Of a stretch of 64,000 nt of DNA, positions 56,245 through 64,000 are shown one piece after another. This stretch comes from Eledone cirrhosa (lineage: Eukaryota), in assembly GCA_964016885.1 (NCBI GenBank), contig OZ024747.1, positions 56,544,001 through 56,608,000 of the forward strand, given 5' to 3'. Positions within the stretch are counted from its first letter, which is position 1. Each line of letters begins with the position of its first letter. A program made the translations under genes and the position numbers. Below the pieces are notes generated by a model. It worked only from the letters and a program-made list of their open reading frames with translations, ran no database searches and was not told the DNA's origin.

Positions 56245-57559
56245 CATGTCATGAAATTAACAATATGTTTTTGCAACATTACTGATGAATAACGTAGAAT
56301 CTCTGCATTTTCTCTTGACATCTGATACACTGTGAATTACTGTAAAGGTTTACTGAATAAGGGTTTTACAATAAATTGTTTTGGTTAATAAATGTCTCTT
56401 TCAGTTTGCATGAGGCATATACATAGATATCTGTATATCTATATTGAATAATTGATAACTGGTTTTACAAATTATATATCTAGTTTTAAATAAACTGCTT
56501 TCTTCTACTTTTTTCACTCTACTTCTCTTTCCTTGTCTCTCTCTCTTTCTCAAACTTTCACTATTCCCCTTTCTCTCAGTTTTTTCTCTTATTCTATTTC
56601 AAAATCATCTCTCTTATCCTCTCTTTCTCATTCTTTCTCTAATCCTCTTTTCTCCCTCCTCACCACTCATACACACTCTCTTTTTTTCACGCCACCACTC
56701 TCTCTATCACTGCTCTCTGTCATCTTCCTCTATTTTTCTTTGTCTCTCATCCTATCTCTACGGGTGAGTTTATCATAGTCTGCACTATTGTAAGCATTTG
56801 GAACAGATCTGTCCAAGGATAATTTCTTCTTGCACCCACTAGTCTCAAAATATCTCAATGGTCAGGGTTCTGCCCGTCTATTCCTGAATCTCATATTCTC
56901 TCAACTGGTCATAGTACTGCCTTTCCACCCATTAGTCTTAAAATCTCTCAATGGTCAGGGTTCTGCTCTTCTACTCATTCATCAGTCTCAGATTCTCTGA
57001 AAATGGTCATGACACTTCTACCTGTCACTTTGGTATTACTAGAAAGAAAAAGTACACTGAGGTTTGAGTTCATAAAACTACTGTGAGCACATGTATTTTA
57101 GTGGTTAAATGTTCGACTCAAGATCATAAAGTCAGGGGTTTCATTAAGTTACAGAAATGGGCAGCTCATTTGTCCTAGAGGAAATCATTGCATTTCACAT
57201 TGCATTTCATGGTGGGTTTGGGTCAGCTACCTGTAAAACACACAAGAAACCTCCAATGAGATACAAACATGCATGAGGCCAGCTAATCCTTCATAAATGT
57301 AAGCGTAACTTTATGGTTAAGACATCTGTTTCACAATAACATACTTCTGCGTGGTTCAATCCTGCAGTGTGGAACCTTGGGTGGGCAATTGTCTTTTATT
57401 ATAATCTAAAGTTGACCAACAATACCTGGAGAAGGGAACCTGATGTACAGAAATTAAGAGTGCTTTGTCCCCAAAACAGGGTCAGTAAAATAAGTACTGA
57501 GGTTGATTTGATTGAATAAATGACAGTGGAGCCTCAGCAAGACTGAAACCAGTAAAAGA

Positions 57560-58215
57560 GTAAAAGAGGTGTGAGCTGCAACAATAACAACAGTATAGCT
57601 AGGAAATATTTTTGATTGGAATATGTTCACGAGAGATGGAAGTCAAGAATTGCAGGAGCTGGTGCAGTAGTGCACCAGCTTCAGCATTCAGTAATCAGAA
57701 GAAGGGAGGTAGGGGTAAAAGCCAAATTCGCTATCTTCAATTTAGTATTCGTGCCAACCCTTACCTATGGTCATGAATCTTGAGAAATGATCAAAAGAAT
57801 ACAATCTCCTATACAAGTGGCTGAAATGGGGTTCCTCCGAAGAGTCTTTGGAGTAATGTTGCTATGCTGCTCAATAAAGTACATAGCTCAGAGACTAGAG
57901 AGTCACTCCAGGTAGAGCTATTACTTCTCTGATTTGAGAGATCACAGCTCCAACACTATGGGCATGTGGTTAGAATGTCTCAGGAAAGAATCACCGGACA
58001 GATTTTACAGGCAAAACCCAACCAGTAGGGGGCCCAGGGGCAGACCATGAGCAAGATGATTGGATAACATCCATGAGCTTGGCTGGTCATGCTTAGGGAT
58101 CCAGCTGGATCAGTTGGAGCTGGTTGCTTCTGATTGGACCTGCTGGAAGGAATGTTTGAGGAGTCTGCCCCTCCCGTGATTCTCTCAGGAATAAGTGGGC
58201 AAAGAAGGAGGAATG
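57560..58215 (+). pseudogene. Degenerate RTE (Expander/Rex3-like) 3' fragment
   Basis: KAKFAIFNLVFVPTLTYGHES*..QVAEMGFLRRVFG..ERSQLQHYGHVVRMSQER. Confidence 0.8.
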
Positions 58216-58583
58216 GAATTATTAATAAAAGACTAAAAGGACCAACTGGTAATTGAACCTTCACTGCCATCTACATTATATTTTGGGATTAAAGATATGA
58301 CTATATTTATTGTGAGTCAGTAACAGATTCTTCATACACCAAACAAACTTTTGTTTCTTTATTCAAAAGATTGCCTTACTTGCTTTTCTTTTATTTTTCT
58401 TTAATTATATATATATTTTCCCTTCCACTTTGAAGAATAAAACAAAACAAAAATGGCCTATTTTTTTTTGCATTTCTATATCACACACTCATACATACAT
58501 ATATATATGTGTATGTGTGTGTGTGTGTGTATATGTGTGTATGTGAGTGTGTGTCTGTATATACGTGTATGTGAGTGTGTGTC

Positions 58584-58617
<34 letters not shown>

Positions 58618-58658
58618 CGTGTGTGTGTGTGCCTATATACATATATAGGTGTATGTGA

Positions 58659-58730
<72 letters not shown>

Positions 58731-59039
58731 AATGAATACAAGGAGTATAAACCGTTAAAACATGTTTATGTGTGTGTGTGTGTGCCTATATACATATATA
58801 TGTGCATGTGAGCGTGTGTCTGTATATAAATATATATGTGTGTATATGTGTGTATGTGTGTGTGAATCTACAATTATTTTTTTATTGTAATCTCTCAGGT
58901 TATTTCTTTGTCGTTATTAACCCTGAAAATAGATTTAATTCTTGAAAGTCCAACCAAATTACCAATGTTCTTTTTTTCATGTTAATTCTTGGCTATTTCC
59001 AAGAGCTTTCCTTTTCCTTCACACTCTTGCCCCACCGCT

Positions 59040-59990
59040 GTCATCACCTCCACAGTCACCCACAATCAACACCATCTTCACTATCATCACCACCACTACT
59101 ACCACAACCAACCACCATCATCTTCACAATCACCCACCCTATACTTCGTTTTCTTTACCACTGTCACCAACTAGCCATCATCATCACCTTCCTCAGTCAT
59201 CATCATTACAAATCCCCATCATCGCCTCAACCCCCATACCATCCTCACCACTGCCTTCACCACAATCACCAACCAGTCACACTGCCACCATCACCACAAC
59301 CACCCACCATCCTCACCATCACCATCACCTCAAAATCCACCATCCACACCACCATCCTTACCACCACCACCACCACCACCACCACCACCACCACCCTCAC
59401 CACAACCACCCACCATCCTCACCATCACCATCACCTCAAAACCCACCATCCACACCACCATTCTTACCACCACCACCACCACAACCACCCACCATCCTCA
59501 CCATCATCATCACCTCAAAACCCACCATCCACACCACCATCCTTACCACCACCACCACCCTCACCACAACCACCCACCATCCTCACCACCCACCAACCTC
59601 ACAACCAATGTTATCACCTCAAAAACCCACCTCTATCACCACAATCACAAACAAGTCACACCACCAGTCACACTACCATCCACACCACCGTCCTTACTAC
59701 CACTACCACCACTGTCACCACAAGCACCAACCAGTCACACCACCATCCTTACCGTCAACCTCACTACCATCCACACCACCATTCTTACCACCAACCTCAC
59801 CACCACCACCATACACACCACCACCACCAACCTTACCACCATACACACCACCATCCACGCCACCAGTCACAAAACCATTTTTACCACCAACCTCACTACT
59901 ATCCACACCACCATCACATCACCAATCTTACCACTATCCTCACCACCATCCACACCACCAACCTTACTACCAACCTCACCACCACTTCTT
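59040..59990. repeat. (ACC)-rich degenerate repeat
   Basis: Directly visible; a similar tract lies at 63725-64000. Confidence 0.93.
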
Positions 59991-60300
59991 GCTTTCAGCT
60001 AATGTCAAATAGTCAATATTGTCAATGATAATCTCTTTCAAGCAATAGAATCCGTTTTCCTGTCACCACTTAATCAAATAAACCATTAATTTGCTTAAAC
60101 TTTAGCTATTTTTCACTAATCTATTTAAGTCATTCAAATCTTTTATTTCATTTCTTTTCCTTCTTTAAATTTATTCATTTATTTAATAATTCCTCTTTTG
60201 CCCTCCTCTCTAACTCCCACTCACTCCCTATTTGACTCTTTCTCTCAATCTCCATCTCTCTATTTCTCTATTTTACTCAATCTCAATCTCTATTTCAGCT

Positions 60301-60560
60301 AGTCTCTATCTGACTGTTTCTCTCAATCTCTATCTCTCTATAACATCCAGTCTCTATCTGACTGTTTCTCTCAATCTCTATCTCTCTATAACATCCAGTC
60401 TCTATCTGACTGTTTCTCTCAATCTCTATCTCTCTATAACATCCAGTCTCTATCTGACTGTTTCTCTCACTCTCTATCTCTCTACAACACCCAGTCTCTA
60501 TCTGACTACTTCTCTCACTCTCTATCTCTCTATTTCACCCAGTCTCCATCTCTCTATCTC
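60301..60560. repeat. 48-bp minisatellite, ~5.5 units
   Basis: AGTCTCTATCTGACTGTTTCTCTCAATCTCTATCTCTCTATAACATCC-like units start at 60301, 60349, 60397, 60445, 60493 and 60541. Confidence 0.9.
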
Positions 60561-61678
60561 TCCCTCTGTTGCTCTATTTCTCTGTTTCTCTGTCTCCTTC
60601 ACTATTTTATCTTATTCTGATCTGCCATCTTGTTTTTAGCGTTTTAAAAATTACACCCTCCTTCCAACCTCTTTCCATTTATATTTCAATTCCATTCCTT
60701 TTATTTTATGTTCATATTTTTGTTTTTATTGGTTTGCTTTTTGTCTTATTTTTCAAATTTATTATATAGCCTCTGTGCATGTATATATACACACAGATGC
60801 ATACATAACACACTCAAGCATGCATACATACATGTGTTTATATATATATATATATTTCCTCTTGGTTCTCTCTCAAAACATATATATATATTTTTTTACA
60901 ATTTTATTTATATTATTTTCTATTTTATTTCATAAAAATCTTTTTATGTTTTTTTTTTACACCTTAAGTATCTAATCCTTTCAGATTTGTCTTTGAGGGG
61001 TTAAAAAATAACAAAAGACAAGAAACAAACATATGTGTGTATATAACTCTATATCTATATACATACATATAAGTATATACACATACATACATATATATAT
61101 ATATATATACATATAAATGGAAAGAAAAGAGATAGAACAACAAAGAAAACCAGAGGGAGGGGAGTAAATGGAAGAATAGCCAAAAATGGAATAAGGATTG
61201 TAAAAGAAACCACGAAAGGAAGCAATAAAAAAGAATAGAAATGGATAAAAGATGGAAAGAATACAACTGTGAAAAGATGTCAGAGAAAATTTCCCTTATT
61301 TTTTTGTCTTTTATTTAAAATTTCAACAAGGGACAAAAATAAGGGATTTTTTTAATATTTATTTTACTGCATTTGTTTTTATTTTTACACATTATATATA
61401 TTTTTCTGTTTTCAGCAGCCATTTATGCTGTTATTATTCATTGTCAACTTAAGTGATATAGATTTAAACATTCTTAACTTTTCAAACGGGTTTAAAAGCA
61501 AGGTTGCAGAATTTTTTTCCTAATAGGGTTATATATATGTATTTGTTGTGTGTTTGTGTGAAATGTTTGTGTTGTGTGTAGATGGGTGGGTGTCTGAGTG
61601 TGCATACACACAAACACACACACACACACTCACACATACAGTATATATATAAAATGTATATGTGTGTGTGTAATGTAG

Positions 61679-61721
61679 ACAGGCATGACAATGAGTATTT
61701 GATACTCATTGTCATGCCTGT
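61679..61721. repeat. Perfect 20-bp hairpin palindrome
   Basis: ACAGGCATGACAATGAGTAT-ttg-ATACTCATTGTCATGCCTGT. Confidence 0.95.
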
Positions 61722-61792
61722 TATTGGCTAAATGAAGTGTCTTGTTACTCTGGAGTTTCACCTGTTTAATCACAGGATCATCAGGCAAGAAT

Positions 61793-61823
<31 letters not shown>

Positions 61824-61836
61824 ACAGACACACAGT

Positions 61837-62165
61837 GAAGGTGCATGGCTTAGTGGTTAGAGCATCAGGTTTACAATAGTGAAGTTATGAGTTCAATTCT
61901 AGGACTGGGCTTTGCTTTGTGTTCTAGAGCAAGACACTTTACTTCACATTGCTCCAGTTCACTCAGCTGTAGAGATTAGTTGCAACATCACTGGTGCCAA
62001 GCTGTATCAGGCTTAGACTTTCCCTTGGACAATGTCTGTGGCATAGAGAGAGGAGACTGTTATGTATGGATGACTGCTGCTCTTCCACAAACAAACTAGC
62101 TCGGACTTGTGCCTTGGAGGAGAACTTTCTTGGCCATGACCGAAGGGGTCTTTACCCATTACCCT
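61837..62165 (+). mobile_element. SINE with family A head and CORE-like domain but a different 3' half
   Basis: GAAGGTGCATGGCTTAGTGG..GAGTTCAATTC..GAGCAAGACACTT..CAGCTGTAGA, then sequence unrelated to the RTE tail. Confidence 0.75.
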
Positions 62166-62171
62166 ATATAT

Positions 62172-62237
<66 letters not shown>

Positions 62238-62298
62238 TTAATACATTAACAGAGAAAGCTTTCAGCAAAACTCTGACCAAACTCCATCTCACTCAACA

Positions 62299-62353
<55 letters not shown>

Positions 62354-62414
62354 AAGCATATACTTATATATATATATATATATAAAGAGTGGTGATATAT
62401 ATATATATATTTAT

Positions 62415-62625
62415 AAGCTGAGAGAAAAACTGTGCATAAGAGGAATCATATATAGCATGCGAGAGAGAAAACTGATGTGGTATGGACATGTGATGCATAT
62501 GGATGATGATTGTTGGATGAAGTGCCATGAAGGAGGCTGCAGTAGAAGAAAGCTAAGTAAGATCTGGACAGAAGTCATAAAAACAGACTTTAAAACACTG
62601 AAAGAACAAAGTAGGGCAAAGGAAG
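62415..62625 (+). mobile_element. Old RTE 3' fragment
   Basis: MRERKLMWYGHVMHMDDDCWMKC..W.EVIKTD. Confidence 0.75.
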
Positions 62626-62777
62626 CAAAGCTGGAAAAGGTTCACATAAGCCAGACCAGCAAATGAGATGAGATATAAAAGGATGTTGATACATACATAC
62701 AATACATATACATACATATATACAATACATACATTTACATGTATATATATATATATATATATATGTAATATATGTAA

Positions 62778-62843
<66 letters not shown>

Positions 62844-62881
62844 TTACATGTATTATATATATATATATGTATTATATGTAA

Positions 62882-62929
<48 letters not shown>

Positions 62930-63078
62930 CATATGTATATATATACAATACATACATATACATGCATATATACATATATATATATATGTAATATATGTAA
63001 TATATATTATATATATATATATATATAATACATACATATACATGCATATATATATATATATATATGTAATATATGTAA

Positions 63079-63158
<80 letters not shown>

Positions 63159-63230
63159 CATATATATATATACAATATATACATATACATGCATATATAC
63201 ATATATATATATGTAATATATGTAATATAT

Positions 63231-63278
<48 letters not shown>

Positions 63279-63305
63279 ATACATATATATATATATACAT
63301 AATAC

Positions 63306-63354
<49 letters not shown>

Positions 63355-64000
63355 TCACTGTATGGGTGTATATGTGTATGTCATTGTATGTGTGTGATCA
63401 TGTCACTGGTGTATTAGCTGCCTGCTGAGAATTTAAAGATTTTAATAGAACATCTAAAGATCAGTGAGTTTGTTAACAACCAAAGTAATTCTTTGATCTG
63501 ACTAATTATTTTTTCATTTATTTCTTCATTTAATTGTGTTTTTTTTTTCATATTTTTTTATTTGTGTATTTGTTTGTTATGCCTGAATTCTATTTCTGAT
63601 CAAGTGGCTTAGAATGTCTTCTGGTTCCTAATGTTAGCCATTGTGACACTAAGTAAGATATTATTGAGAAGACTTTCACTGGCAAATAATACTGGTACCA
63701 CCTCACAATTTTTACTATTATGATCAGCACCACCACCACCACCACCATCAACACCACCACCACTACCCTAACCCCACCACAACCACCACCATTGCTACCA
63801 CTACCACTACCACCTCCAACACAACCAAGACTGTCACCACAGCCGCCACAACCATCGACACCACCACCAACACCTCCACCACTACCCCCAACCCCACCAC
63901 AACCATGACCGTCACCACCACCACCACAACCATCAACACCACCACCACTACCCCAACCCCACCACAACCACCACCATTTCTGCCACTACCACCACCACAA

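Noticed and set aside
58942-60028. His/Pro/Thr-rich 350-aa ORFs
   Set aside because: (ACC)-rich simple repeat with two overlapping frames equally open.
60301-60560. Regularly spaced repeats as a CRISPR-like array (also 36810-38320, 38660-38710)
   Set aside because: No unique spacers, eukaryotic context and no cas genes; ordinary minisatellites.

Overview
AT-rich eukaryotic (animal) genomic DNA. No host protein-coding gene can be confidently recognised. A large share of the window is microsatellite ((TA)n, (CA)n, (TATC)n, (GAT)n, (GGT)n, (AAC)n), and nearly all ORFs in the track are translations of these repeats. The rest is retrotransposon debris: a near-full-length decayed R4/Dong-like element (about 47390-51085) with a nested, internally deleted RTE derivative; Tx1/L1-like fragments that repeatedly sit in (TATC)n; RTE and CRE-like fragments; two tRNA-derived SINE families; and small DNA-transposon relics. 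The repeat content suggests a cephalopod/octopus intergenic or intronic region (inference only). The most interesting signals are non-coding. (1) About nine hammerhead-ribozyme motifs, several intact and showing compensatory stem changes, lie in short non-coding units next to (TA)n tracts and are probably Penelope-like termini or retrozyme-like elements. (2) A small (TA)n-embedded element has fixed ends and a variable interior, and one copy has captured two non-contiguous pieces of DNA from about 2 kb away. (3) Several inverted (fold-back) duplications occur, often associated with these ribozyme-bearing units.
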